Positions 33,754-44,035 of a stretch of DNA of 64,000 nucleotides are shown in pieces. Each line of letters begins with the position of its first letter. Within the stretch, counting starts at the first letter, position 1. Both the position numbers and the translations under genes were made by a program. Origin of the DNA: Aureliella sp. (GTDB lineage: Bacteria; Planctomycetota; Planctomycetia; Pirellulales; Pirellulaceae); the NCBI GenBank assembly GCA_963691875.1, contig OY829846.1, forward strand, positions 512,001 through 576,000, in the 5' to 3' direction. Under the pieces are notes generated by a model. The model searched no databases and was not told the DNA's origin. It saw only the letters and a list, made by a program, of their open reading frames with translations.

Positions 33754-33933
33754 GGGAAAATCTTATTGAATATTGGTGGATATTTAGCGAGGATTCATTA
33801 TGCGGCCGAGCGTTACCGGGATCCAGCCTCCGACGCAAAGGACTAAGGCGATCATATTGAAGTTGGCCGAACGTGCTAGCGTCTGGTCGAATCTAGAAAA
33901 CGCCGGCCCACGGCTTGCACCGTTTTCTCACAA

Positions 33934-34833
33934 ATGAAGAAACTGACCTGCTCACACAAAGAACTTCGCCACATGCTAGAACCGGACTCAGAATCGCCAC
34001 CGCGATTTGCCGACGTGGATACGGCGGCGTTTGATGACCTGAGCGATAATCACGAGCTAAGTCAGGATTCGAGATCGCCAGTCAATTACAGTGTTCGTAG
34101 CTTGATGATAGCAACGGCACTCATCGCGTTGGCCACGATGTTGCTCAAGTACACGCACCTGTTCGGGCTGCTATGCATCTTCGCACTGATCGTGGTCATC
34201 AGTTTACTGATGAAGAGAGTGCAACACCCGTCTACCGATGCCGTGGCACGAGGCCTATGGGGCATCGTGATGCCGGTCTTGTGTATTCTCTATGATCCAG
34301 GTTTTTTACATCGCCCCTGGTATGGCTTCTACGAACCGACAAGTAGTTTCGATTTGAGAACAGTTTGGGATGATCCGAAAGCGCTCTTGTTGCTACCCCC
34401 GATTCTCTGGCAAGTAGTCGGGATGTCTGCTTGGTTGCTGATGTCCCATCGGCTCAGGCCAAATCCTTTTCTGGGAGGTTTCTTTCTTTTTGGTTCAGTC
34501 TTAGCTGGGCTCATTGGTTTCTGCATCTTACCGCTTTCATTGATTGGATTGATCTTTGTTGGCTTGGGCATCGTGGGCTTCACTCCATTCTTGACGTCTC
34601 GACACTATTTTTTGACCGTAGTGGCGGTTCTGGACGGAAGCTGCGTCAACGGGATTCGGAGGTCAAAGCGGAGCGTTGAGCCATCTTCCTCCAAGGACTC
34701 TTTCTTAGTTGTCGCTGGGTTTGTTTCCGCAGTGTTTGTTTCGCTCTGCACTTCAGCGCTTGGAGGGCGTTTAATAGGCTTCGGGTTCTACGAATTGATC
34801 GATGCGGCCAACATCTTTCAGCCGTTCTTTTAG
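33934..34833 (+). CDS. Multi-pass membrane protein, hypothetical
   Basis: About 7 hydrophobic segments; YSVRSLMIATALIAL N-terminal motif. Confidence 0.75.
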   Translation: MKKLTCSHKELRHMLEPDSESPPRFADVDTAAFDDLSDNHELSQDSRSPVNYSVRSLMIATALIALATMLLKYTHLFGLLCIFALIVVISLLMKRVQHPSTDAVARGLWGIVMPVLCILYDPGFLHRPWYGFYEPTSSFDLRTVWDDPKALLLLPPILWQVVGMSAWLLMSHRLRPNPFLGGFFLFGSVLAGLIGFCILPLSLIGLIFVGLGIVGFTPFLTSRHYFLTVVAVLDGSCVNGIRRSKRSVEPSSSKDSFLVVAGFVSAVFVSLCTSALGGRLIGFGFYELIDAANIFQPFF

Positions 34834-34996
34834 AAGGGGAAGCGGCTGGAGTGTCGGATGGCCTGTTTGCTATGGCCGCGCCGTCGCTTCGGCATCTGAT
34901 TGAGAAACGAAAACAGGTCGAGCAATAAACTTGCTCGACCTGTTTGAACTTTTCATTTGTGGATCGCCACAATCCACTTGTTTTCACAACATGGGC

Positions 34997-35377
34997 TTAG
35001 CCAGGTTGTTGGGTCTTGAGTCGCTTTTGAATATCTGTTTCCAGAATGCCGAAGACAGCTTCGTGACGCTGTACAGACATTTGCAAAGCAGCTAACAATC
35101 GCTTGGCGGTGTAGAAGTTCATGATCACACGCTGATTTACGTTGATGGGATCCTTAGGCACACCGACTGGTTGTGGGTTGAGGCCGAAATCGACGATTAA
35201 CTCTTCTGGCGAGCCAGTGACGCGGCAGAAGTTTGCATAGTTCGCATCCGCGTTCTCATCGAGAACTTGGACTTGAACAGGCTGTGCCTGTTGTTGAGGA
35301 ACTGGCGCAGGTGCCGCTTCTGGTGCTGGGGCTTCTGCTGCAGGCTCTTGTACTGCGGTGCCTTCTTCATTTGCCAT
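34997..35377 (-). CDS. DUF3467 family protein
   Basis: YANFCRVTGSPEELIVDFGLN...RVIMNFYTAKRLLAAL...HEAVFG. Confidence 0.9.
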   Translation of the reverse strand: MANEEGTAVQEPAAEAPAPEAAPAPVPQQQAQPVQVQVLDENADANYANFCRVTGSPEELIVDFGLNPQPVGVPKDPINVNQRVIMNFYTAKRLLAALQMSVQRHEAVFGILETDIQKRLKTQQPG

Positions 35378-35483
35378 GAGACAATCTCCTTGTGCTGACT
35401 AGCAGCTATTTGCGTGGCAATCTCCAAAATTGCCACAAGTTAAACATAATGACCGGTGGCTCATCCAGCCGCGGTCGAACCAG

Positions 35484-37733
35484 TTACATTTCAAATCGGA
35501 AGGTTCGGGACAGAAAGCGATAAATTCGCCAACCTACCGATTTCCAGCCGACGTAAATCTTCGCTTGGCCACGATAGCCGGCACGAAGGGGTACCTCACA
35601 GTTTTCCAAAGGAACACGTGCTTGGTAGGAAGTACTGATGGGACGAAGTTGTCCATCAGGACCCATTTGTGTGTTAAGGCTTCCGCCGACTTGCGACGCC
35701 AAAGCCTCCGGCGTCTCTCGCATCTCCCTTTCGGCAATCGTCTGGATGACTCCAGAAAAGGTGCTCAGTCTGGCTGACTCGATTTTAATATCGGCGGATA
35801 TCTTAGTTGTTACAAGATCGATATCGTGTTGATCGATGACTAGGATGGCTTCCATCTGCTCAGGGTTGCCGATCATGCAGAAGACGTCTGCGTTTGCAAA
35901 TACAGCACCTTCATTGACTTCGTCAAATGGATTGCCGCTCCACGACGGCAGCTGTTCCGATGATGCGACCTGGGGCGGCACGTCTTTGTCCGGTGCTGGA
36001 ATGATGGTGCCTTTGTCTGGTGCTTTGATCGTTAAAAGCTCAATGCGTTCCTCGACTTTTGTGAGAATCGCCGCTTTTGAGTTCACGGACTCCAGCAACG
36101 ATTCGAGTTGCGAACGTGCTTGAGGATCGTTCGGCGCCTGCTTCCATGTTTCGCGGTAACGAGTCTCGGCAACCTTGAGTTCACCAAAGGCTCGTTCCCT
36201 CTCGCGAATCAATTCATCGCTCGCAAGTGTTGCAATGGTCTCATTGGCTTTGACAGGATCGCCGAGTTTCTTATTTAAGGAAACTAGTCTTCCAGGTTCA
36301 ATCGCGTAGACGGTCTTCGCGTTCTGTGGGCGAATCTCAACTGCTGCATCCACATGAAATGGCAACGGAATGAAGCAGATTCCAGTGATGACGGCGGCCG
36401 CCACAGTCAAGGATGTGAGGACGTTTTTTCTCTTCATTTTGCTCGCCCTGCCAGGTGTACGGAAAAATTTGATGATTTGCCAAATGGGTTGAAAGATCAT
36501 GCCGGCCAATCCAACGACCGCGACGACGCGTCCCAATGCTTCCAATCCATATGGCTTCAGAACCTGCATCAGAAACATCATGATGGAGAAAACAACAACC
36601 CAACGATAGATGTTGGAAGCGACCGTGAAGAGTCCAAAGAAGAATTGCTTCTTGTGCGGCAGGAACGGATTCTCTTGCAGCTCAAGGCCGAGGCAGTATT
36701 TTTGGAATCCCCGCTTGAGGATTTCCGTTGCCTTCTGTCTAAGGTTCGGTATCTCTAGCAAGTCCATCACGATGTAGTAGCCATCGAAACGCAGCAGCGG
36801 ATTACCGTTAAAGACGACGGTGCTCACGGAGCAAATGAACATCACCGAGAGACACAGGAAGTTGAATGTCGGCGAGGTGACCGGATCGCTAAACCACCAA
36901 AGATAAGTGGCAATCGATGCCAGGATGAGTTCGACGTACATCCCTGCTGCGCCAATGAATACGCGTTGCCATTTGTTTGGTAGCATCCACGAATCGGAAA
37001 CATTGCAATAGAGACAAGGCGTGAATACTAAGAACATGAATCCCATTTCGTGGCATTCACCTCCGTAGCGTTTACAACTCAGACCGTGCCCGAACTCGTG
37101 CAGAATCTTCACCACAGCCATCGTGGTGCCGAGGTAAATCCAATTCTCTGCAGCGAAGAATGATTCAAAGGTCGGTAACTTACTTTGAAACTCTTGAAAA
37201 TTGACGAGCACCAGAGTGATGGCGCTCATTCCAAACATCAGAAACACCATCAAGCATGGTAGAGTGAAAATCCACCACGTGAAGGGATTCAGAAAGTTCA
37301 GAATTCGTTCGGGATCGATGCCGCGAAATCGCAATGCGAAAACGTTGGCTAACTTGCCGAGCAGTTCTTTTTTCTTTTTTGTATCACCTCGTCTACGGAG
37401 CTGTCGTCCCTGGCCGGTGGTTTCGGAAATCACCAAGCCACTGCGGTGCAACATCCCGACAAACTGTTGAAGATCCTGCAGCGTGATGCGCTGCGGAGCG
37501 AATTCCGCTTGGAAGCGATCTTTGATCTCTTGCAGGCTAATGTCATCCTTCAACATATTCAGGATGGCATATTCTTCTTCGTGGAAACGATAGTAATTCA
37601 GGCCAACGGGCTCTTTGACCACCCAGTAGGCACGGCCATGATAGCGATGTCGCTTGGCTTCCAAGTCTGGACGACGACGCAGCTTTAGCGGCCGCATCGC
37701 ACTGTTCACCAGACTTTCCGCCATCGTTGTCAT
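35484..37733 (-). CDS. M50 (site-2) peptidase fused to a membrane-fusion (HlyD-like) domain
   Basis: Intact HEFGH and NGNPLLRFDGYY motifs in a multi-TM core; N-terminal cytoplasmic domain; C-terminal lipoyl/hairpin/beta-barrel adaptor region. Confidence 0.9.
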   Translation of the reverse strand: MTTMAESLVNSAMRPLKLRRRPDLEAKRHRYHGRAYWVVKEPVGLNYYRFHEEEYAILNMLKDDISLQEIKDRFQAEFAPQRITLQDLQQFVGMLHRSGLVISETTGQGRQLRRRGDTKKKKELLGKLANVFALRFRGIDPERILNFLNPFTWWIFTLPCLMVFLMFGMSAITLVLVNFQEFQSKLPTFESFFAAENWIYLGTTMAVVKILHEFGHGLSCKRYGGECHEMGFMFLVFTPCLYCNVSDSWMLPNKWQRVFIGAAGMYVELILASIATYLWWFSDPVTSPTFNFLCLSVMFICSVSTVVFNGNPLLRFDGYYIVMDLLEIPNLRQKATEILKRGFQKYCLGLELQENPFLPHKKQFFFGLFTVASNIYRWVVVFSIMMFLMQVLKPYGLEALGRVVAVVGLAGMIFQPIWQIIKFFRTPGRASKMKRKNVLTSLTVAAAVITGICFIPLPFHVDAAVEIRPQNAKTVYAIEPGRLVSLNKKLGDPVKANETIATLASDELIRERERAFGELKVAETRYRETWKQAPNDPQARSQLESLLESVNSKAAILTKVEERIELLTIKAPDKGTIIPAPDKDVPPQVASSEQLPSWSGNPFDEVNEGAVFANADVFCMIGNPEQMEAILVIDQHDIDLVTTKISADIKIESARLSTFSGVIQTIAEREMRETPEALASQVGGSLNTQMGPDGQLRPISTSYQARVPLENCEVPLRAGYRGQAKIYVGWKSVGWRIYRFLSRTFRFEM

Positions 37734-37799
37734 GAGAGTTCTATCGCTTCGAGAAATTGATTTGAGAAGAGGTATTCAGGTCTAGCCAGATCGTCATTG

Positions 37800-38759
37800 C
37801 TACTCAGGCAGGACGATGACTACATTGGCTGTCATCCCGTCGCTGTACATCCAGTGACCTTCCAGATTCTTCATGTTGGGAAGCTTTCCAGTAACCTTGA
37901 CCTTGCCACTTTCAATCTCGGGGCTCACGAAGGTAACCTTTGCTTCCGTGTCCATCGGATTGCCGCCCCCGTCGCCCGTACCAAAGCTGATCTGCATCAT
38001 CGAATTTCGTAGGTCATTGGGGCTGATTCCATTCAGGGGAACATAGCATTCGACCTTCATTTCATTCAAATGAATGAATCGAAAGACAGGTTCGCCCGCT
38101 CGGACCCATTCGCCGTAGTCGCGGATCCGCTCAATGATCTCTCCATCAAACGGTGCCTTTAGGGTGTGCATTTCTAGCTTGATTTTGCTCGCTCTGAGCT
38201 GTTCATCAGCGATCTTACGATCCAGCTGATTCTTCTTTTGCTCGTCGAGAGCCATGTCGATGCTGAAACCAGCCTTTTCGGCCTCAAGCTTCATCTGCCT
38301 TGTCTCGGAGTAGCCAGCAGAGCCCTTCTTATACAGTTCGAGGTTGGAATTGTATCGGTCCCGTGCGAGGTCGTAGGACTTCTGAGAGAAGTCCAAGTTT
38401 GCTGTCTGCTTCTCCAATATCACCGCTGCTGCCAACTGCTGCTTCGCTACTTCTAGATCCGCAGTGGCGACGCGCGAGTCGATGACCAGAATGGCGTCGC
38501 CCTTTTTGACAACACTACCTTCATCCACTTTCAGCTGTTCGATCATTCCATCTGCGGTCGCCGACAGCTTGATCTTGTGGATAGCCTTGATCGTCGCGAC
38601 GTCTGCTACGATCTCGCCGCTTCGGCCCTGAGTTTCAATCTCTGCGTTTCCGATTGGTGGAAGGTCTGTCAGGCTGACAGGGGGAATGGCACCTGGTTGC
38701 TGAGCACTGACGAGTGAACAGGAAACAACGCTCAAAGTAAGAATGAGAAAGATTTTCAT
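37800..38759 (-). CDS. Secreted HlyD/RND-type periplasmic adaptor protein
   Basis: Signal peptide, DGMIEQLKVDEGSVVKKGD, helical hairpin, LKAPFDG, GEWVRAGEP; ATG at 38759. Confidence 0.9.
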   Translation of the reverse strand: MKIFLILTLSVVSCSLVSAQQPGAIPPVSLTDLPPIGNAEIETQGRSGEIVADVATIKAIHKIKLSATADGMIEQLKVDEGSVVKKGDAILVIDSRVATADLEVAKQQLAAAVILEKQTANLDFSQKSYDLARDRYNSNLELYKKGSAGYSETRQMKLEAEKAGFSIDMALDEQKKNQLDRKIADEQLRASKIKLEMHTLKAPFDGEIIERIRDYGEWVRAGEPVFRFIHLNEMKVECYVPLNGISPNDLRNSMMQISFGTGDGGGNPMDTEAKVTFVSPEIESGKVKVTGKLPNMKNLEGHWMYSDGMTANVVIVLPE

Positions 38760-38805
38760 GACTAGCCTCGGAAAGACGGAGGAGTGGTGTTTGGGCACTC
38801 GGTTC

Positions 38806-40863
38806 TTAGAACAATACGTGGGCTTGAACCCACTCGTAAACCTCGTGGAACCACACGAAGGCGGCACTTCCTTGCCCACAAGTAACGTCGGCAATCACTT
38901 TTAGCCCAGGGCGAGGCTTGATACCATCTAACGACTCAGGGGTCACCCGCATCTTCACGACCGTGCCATCCTCTTTGTGCAGCGAAGCACGAGCATGAAC
39001 TGCCTCACGGGAAAGAAAGCCCTTGTGGTCGACTGACGGGTCTGATGGCAAGATAAAGGTCACCGGCAGTCCATCCAGTGGGTCACCCTCAAGAGGATTC
39101 AGCGCATTGTCTAGGTAGGACATGCGTTTCTCTGGCATTAGCAGTGAGAGCTCCCATTCGTTGTCAGGATCAGAGTCAGCGATATTCACCAAGACCTGCC
39201 CAGTTACGACTGGTCGGTGCATGAGCTTGTTTTTTAGCTCCCAGTCCATCACCTTGCCATCGATGGGACTCTTCAGCACAAGTTGTTCCCTTTTGTCATT
39301 CGCCAGCTGAAGCTGCTTCTCAAGACTCGTCAGTCGCGTTTGGTATTCTGCTCGCTGGCCTCCCAGCCTAGCTTTCTCGAGTGGATCCGCCGCACTTTGG
39401 AACAGATAAATGAACGTTCGAATTTGCTCTTTCGTTTCGTTTGTCTGGCCGGTCAGGTTCTCTATCTCTGCCTCAAGATCGCGGTTAATCAATCGAACCA
39501 ACTCGTCGCCTTTTTTCACTTCATCTCCGTGGTCCACCATGACATCAACGACTTCTCCGTTGATGTAGGCGAAGACTTGTTTCTTAAGCTTGGGTTCAAG
39601 CGTTCCGGTAGCCTCAAGGTCGTGATCAATGCGAATGACGAGCATCGCTAAGATACCGATCAGGATGAGCGATAGGACGGCCAGTGTTTTCGGTAGGGCG
39701 GAGCCCTTGAACATCCAAGTAGCGCGTCCAAGGAATCGCCAGACTGGCATCAAAAAGAGATCGTTGTGAAGTAGGGAGTTATTGAGTGCTCGGGCAGCGT
39801 GTTCGTAGACCAAGTCGCAACGAGACCGCAGGTCTTCCGAGCTAACTTGGCTTTCGATTTGCTCGACGATCAGTGCACCAATGATCTCTCGCCTCGAAAG
39901 ATCCTCCGAGAAGTTATTGTCCTTCATCTTTACATCGCCCTCGACAACCTTTTCAGGACGTCGAATCGGAAGTACGGCTATCGAGCGACCGTGAGAAAGA
40001 TCCACATAGTCTTCCACAGCTTCTTCCAGCTGTGGCGGCAAGTCGGTTGCCGTTCCGTCGTACCACAGCGATTCGCCTGCTGAGACGACTCGGGTCGATA
40101 AGTGATTCAACGCGGTGACAATGTTGGAGCGACTCTCGATCGTGTCCTGGCCCGAGATGGCTTGCACCTTGCACTTGCCACCTTTCTTGATTGCCAAGCT
40201 GACTCTGTCACAGCCAATAAGCTGTCGACCCTCGTTGGCAATCGTGAATGCGGTGTCACGCATCTCGAGATTGTCATGGGCCAACCGAGCGAAGTGATCG
40301 GCCTTCTTCCACATCTCTTGGCGGTCGGAAACCTTCTGCAAGGTTCGTCCCTTCAACCACTCGCCGATCAAGCCGGCCATCTGGTCAAGGAAGCGTTGGT
40401 ATCCGCGTTGAATGTTGGGCGCCGAATTGGGACGCTGGAAAACTTCAATGATTCCAGCCGTCTGTGCACCACCAGACAGGGGCGATACGACAAGCAAATA
40501 TTGGGATGGATTGCCCTCGCTCTGATCATCACCAAGCATCGAGTTTGGCGGAATCAACTCCGACTTACCGCGACTGAACAGTCGAGTTAGCAACTTGCCG
40601 TGCTTCACTGCGTCATCGTTGTCTGGAGCAAGCAGCTCTTGGCTGACATTGATCTGATAGCTCAGCTTGAGAGCGCCTTCTTCGTCAAGCAACCAAATAG
40701 CGCCTCCGACTGCAGCCAAAGCATCGACGACTCGCTTCAATACGGCCGGATAATAGTCCTCAGCTGGCGTGTCGCCGCGTGATAGATCCGCGATCTCATT
40801 GATGAGTGATCGGATCTGCTGCTTGGTCTGTTCAACTGTCTCGGGAGAAGGAGTTGTAGACAT
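38806..40863 (-). CDS. GAF-domain HlyD family membrane-fusion protein
   Basis: Two GAF-like regions (AVGGAIW...; CDRVSLA...), one TM, then VDHGDEVKKGD, coiled coil, LKSPIDG. Confidence 0.9.
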   Translation of the reverse strand: MSTTPSPETVEQTKQQIRSLINEIADLSRGDTPAEDYYPAVLKRVVDALAAVGGAIWLLDEEGALKLSYQINVSQELLAPDNDDAVKHGKLLTRLFSRGKSELIPPNSMLGDDQSEGNPSQYLLVVSPLSGGAQTAGIIEVFQRPNSAPNIQRGYQRFLDQMAGLIGEWLKGRTLQKVSDRQEMWKKADHFARLAHDNLEMRDTAFTIANEGRQLIGCDRVSLAIKKGGKCKVQAISGQDTIESRSNIVTALNHLSTRVVSAGESLWYDGTATDLPPQLEEAVEDYVDLSHGRSIAVLPIRRPEKVVEGDVKMKDNNFSEDLSRREIIGALIVEQIESQVSSEDLRSRCDLVYEHAARALNNSLLHNDLFLMPVWRFLGRATWMFKGSALPKTLAVLSLILIGILAMLVIRIDHDLEATGTLEPKLKKQVFAYINGEVVDVMVDHGDEVKKGDELVRLINRDLEAEIENLTGQTNETKEQIRTFIYLFQSAADPLEKARLGGQRAEYQTRLTSLEKQLQLANDKREQLVLKSPIDGKVMDWELKNKLMHRPVVTGQVLVNIADSDPDNEWELSLLMPEKRMSYLDNALNPLEGDPLDGLPVTFILPSDPSVDHKGFLSREAVHARASLHKEDGTVVKMRVTPESLDGIKPRPGLKVIADVTCGQGSAAFVWFHEVYEWVQAHVLF

Positions 40864-41098
40864 ATTTCAAGGTCTCGTTCGAGATTCCGTGATACCGCGC
40901 TAAGTTGCCCAGGAACGAAGTCTTAGTCGAATCGGCGTTTTGCTAGCGAAAGCCCAGTGGTGAGATATCGTGAAGGGTTATACCGCTGAGGTTGTGATTC
41001 AGGATAACTCTATGAAGGATTTGGCAAGCAGAAAGTTCCAGTTATTCCCTTATTTGTTGGATAAAAACCGAATCTTCCGTTGCCGCCGACAATCTCGC

Positions 41099-41127
41099 TT
41101 GCCGAATGTTCTAACAAACAGTATAAA
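41099..41127 (+). promoter_or_regulatory. Putative sigma70 promoter for the GAF/Zn-binding gene
   Basis: TTGCCG-N17-TATAAA in the 480-bp divergent intergenic region. Confidence 0.45.
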
Positions 41128-41343
41128 CAATTTCGTCGAGTGAAGGGAATAGGCTTTGATGGATTTCACCAATTTTTCAGTTGGTGGAGATTGGCGGAAC
41201 TTTAGCGTCAGACCTTTCATCGAATGGGCCGTGTCCAGTTCGGTAAGTGTGGTGATTCAGTGGCGGAATGCTGTTAGCATCCACGTGTTTTTTACTCGAA
41301 CGATCCTGAAAATCGAAACCTTCCGCGGTATCAAACCAAGAGT

Positions 41344-42288
41344 ATGAAATCTGAAACGGACATTCAGGGACTGCGACAAGCTCTGCAAGAGTTACCACAC
41401 TTGTCGAAAGGCCCTTCAGCCAAGCAAGTCAAGAAACTCGGAGAGTTGATTGATAACGATCTGCCTCTGCAGTCGTTTCTTGAAATGTTGCTGCCTGAAG
41501 TAACAGCGCTCTTTGGAGGCATCGCCGCAGTCGCCTGGATGAAAGCTCAGGGAGCTCCTGGTGCTGTGTTTGGTGTGCGTTATCGAATGGATGGCGTCGT
41601 CAGCAGTGTGACTGAGCACAGGAAGCACGATCGGCTCGTCCAGATCGCTTGGCAGCAGAAGCAACCCATGTTGGCAGAACCGACTGCAGCGAATGCCGAA
41701 AACGAGGACGCAGGGAATCCAACCGAACACGCACTCATCTTCGGGCCGGTCCTACACGCGGGCGAAAGTATCGCATTGCTAGAGATAGTGCTCGACAAAT
41801 CGGATCGAGCGTTAACGAAGGCGGAGAAGCACTTGTATTTGCGTGCGGTGCAATTGATTGCAGAGCGAGTCTACGGTGGGCTGCGTCAGCGAATGAGCAT
41901 GCCCGATCCAACGCTACAGCAAGCGATGGGTCAGATGAATCAACTTTCCAATGAAATTAAATCCCTGCAGCAACAGATCGTCCGTACTATCGAATCCCGC
42001 CTTCAGAGCTTTCACGGCTGGTCATTTGGTTCCTTAAGTGAGAATCAGGCCTTTGCCAAGATGGTGCACCAGACTTTGGATAGTCACGGACTACGAGTCG
42101 AATGCCCAGAGTGTGGTCATCCAGCCATTCTCCGATGTCTCCGAGCTGGCAACTCCAAAAAAGGGGCCTTTGTATTCGATCACTATCTTGAATCTGGACG
42201 TACCTTCCATGGCGGCCGTAGCACCGTGCCGCTCTTGAAAGTCGTCCCGAAACCAGCCCGTCGCGTGGCCGTAAGTACCCCCGCTTAA
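41344..42288 (+). CDS. GAF-like domain + coiled coil + C-terminal Cys/His Zn-binding module
   Basis: N-terminal half aligns by eye with the first GAF of 38806-40863; C-terminus CPECGHPAILRC...FDH...FHGG. Confidence 0.8.
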   Translation: MKSETDIQGLRQALQELPHLSKGPSAKQVKKLGELIDNDLPLQSFLEMLLPEVTALFGGIAAVAWMKAQGAPGAVFGVRYRMDGVVSSVTEHRKHDRLVQIAWQQKQPMLAEPTAANAENEDAGNPTEHALIFGPVLHAGESIALLEIVLDKSDRALTKAEKHLYLRAVQLIAERVYGGLRQRMSMPDPTLQQAMGQMNQLSNEIKSLQQQIVRTIESRLQSFHGWSFGSLSENQAFAKMVHQTLDSHGLRVECPECGHPAILRCLRAGNSKKGAFVFDHYLESGRTFHGGRSTVPLLKVVPKPARRVAVSTPA

Positions 42289-42531
42289 CATTCCCACCGA
42301 GGAGTCATTAGCCTTAGATGTTAATGGACTGCCATTTCTATAGTGGGAAGAGACCGGTGCGGGCAGCGTACTACGAGCACCTCCGAAAAGCTGCGGAAAC
42401 CCCTAAAAAACAGGGCTCAAACGCAGTTTTAGGCCCTTTGAGCTGCCCCGAAATAGAGTAAAAAAACAAAGGAAAACACGCTATAAGGGATAGACTACCC
42501 CGCCTTAAAAGGGCAGCGATCGGCCCGCCTT

Positions 42532-42618
42532 CTATCGCACTTCCGCCTCGAACCAGAAGTGCAAGGCAATGGTTGTTACCACCGCACTAAGACCGATCCA
42601 GATGATAGGGTTGCTCAT
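42532..42618 (-). CDS. 28-aa single-TM small protein
   Basis: MSNPIIWIGLSAVVTTIALHFWFEAEVR; GGAGG 7 nt upstream; ATGA overlap with an upstream reading frame ending ...AEGLAALKEDGQ. Confidence 0.45.
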   Translation of the reverse strand: MSNPIIWIGLSAVVTTIALHFWFEAEVR

Positions 42619-43116
42619 TGCCCGTCCTCCTTCAATGCTGCTAAGCCTTCGGCGACTATGGACTCACGGATGCTATCGCTCAGCTTGCTATCGTTAGGGC
42701 CTCTCGAGATTCCGCGACAACGCGCCCGATACTTCACCATCGCACCAGTAGACTTTCACTAGCTGCTGACTGACTAGCTCAGTGGTTGATCGAATAGTTC
42801 GAAACCCAGATTTCAGTTGGTGTTGAAGCCAAAGTTGCGACTTTGAAATATTCGCTTCCACCAGCCTTCTCTCTAAAGCGATGTCGTTTGTCACACGATG
42901 CAATTGCGTGCTCTGGAAACAGCCGTAGCGAATTGCAACGATGAAAACACGCGACCTGGTGTGATGTCGCCAGTTATGGCGAAGGTGCGCAAAAGAAAGG
43001 AGTTCGTACTTAGCGCAGAATGCGCTTCTTCTACGCTCGCTCTGACAGAATCGATCTGGATTACGGAGATTTGCTAGATCAACATTTCCTGCCCCTAATA
43101 GAGAGAGATTTTTCCG

Positions 43117-43806
43117 ATGATCAAAAGACTTTCAGCTACACTGCTTGCCATTGGATTGGTGGCTGTTGGTGGAATCAACAGTGCACACGGTTCGGTTTTA
43201 TTCAGTGCGACGGCTGCGGTGGTCAACGAAGGTGGTGCAGGTCCGGGTACTGGTTTCGGTAATATTGCTGACACCTTCAACCAAAACGGGTTGCTGGGTA
43301 CACCTTACGTTTCCGATGTTTCGGATTTCGATTCCTACGTTGCATCTACGCAACACACCTACGTATTCGTTGGCAATGAATGGTTCAGTGAAATTGGTCC
43401 CAATCTGCCTGTGATAGTGACTTACGATTTTGGGGCCGTCAGAACATTTGACGCACTTGCACTCTGGAACGAAGACTCGTCGGGGATATTGAATTTGGAT
43501 CTAGAGATCTCCAATGACGGCATTTCCTTTTCATCTCTCGCAGCTGGATTGATGCCTGCGGACAATCCGATTTCCCTCGATTACGGTGCAGAGGTTTTCA
43601 ATAGCTTCGGTACTGCTTCAGCACAATTCGTCCGTTTCATCATGACTGGACCGCAATTTCCACCAGCGTTTGATGGTGTTGGAATCGGCGAAGTTGCGTT
43701 TCGGCACGCAGATCCTCCAACTGGTGTTGTACCAGAGCCTACCAGCTTTGCTACTTGGGGCTTGCTAGTTGGCGCAGTCGCAGCTGTGCGTCGTCGCCGC
43801 AAGTAA
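43117..43806 (+). CDS. PEP-CTERM protein with discoidin/F5-8-like domain
   Basis: Signal peptide; YDFGAVRTFDALALWN, LEISNDG, AQFVRF, IGEVAF; C-terminal VPEPTSFATWGLLVGAVAAVRRRRK. Confidence 0.92.
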   Translation: MIKRLSATLLAIGLVAVGGINSAHGSVLFSATAAVVNEGGAGPGTGFGNIADTFNQNGLLGTPYVSDVSDFDSYVASTQHTYVFVGNEWFSEIGPNLPVIVTYDFGAVRTFDALALWNEDSSGILNLDLEISNDGISFSSLAAGLMPADNPISLDYGAEVFNSFGTASAQFVRFIMTGPQFPPAFDGVGIGEVAFRHADPPTGVVPEPTSFATWGLLVGAVAAVRRRRK

Positions 43807-44035
43807 ACTCAACTTGTATCCTTAAAATTGAATCGAATCGCCGCTTTTCGCACATCACAAGAACGCCGTACTCGATTGGATCTCCAGCTCGGCAATTACT
43901 CGGTTTGCCGTCCAGCTACTAAATAGAGCCTTCGTGCAGCATAGCAGCGCCACGTTGTGCTGCAGTCAGGCCAGAGAGGAACCCTAAAAAACCCCGAACT
44001 GTGTTTAAAACCTAGTATCTGCCTCTCCGGTGGTT

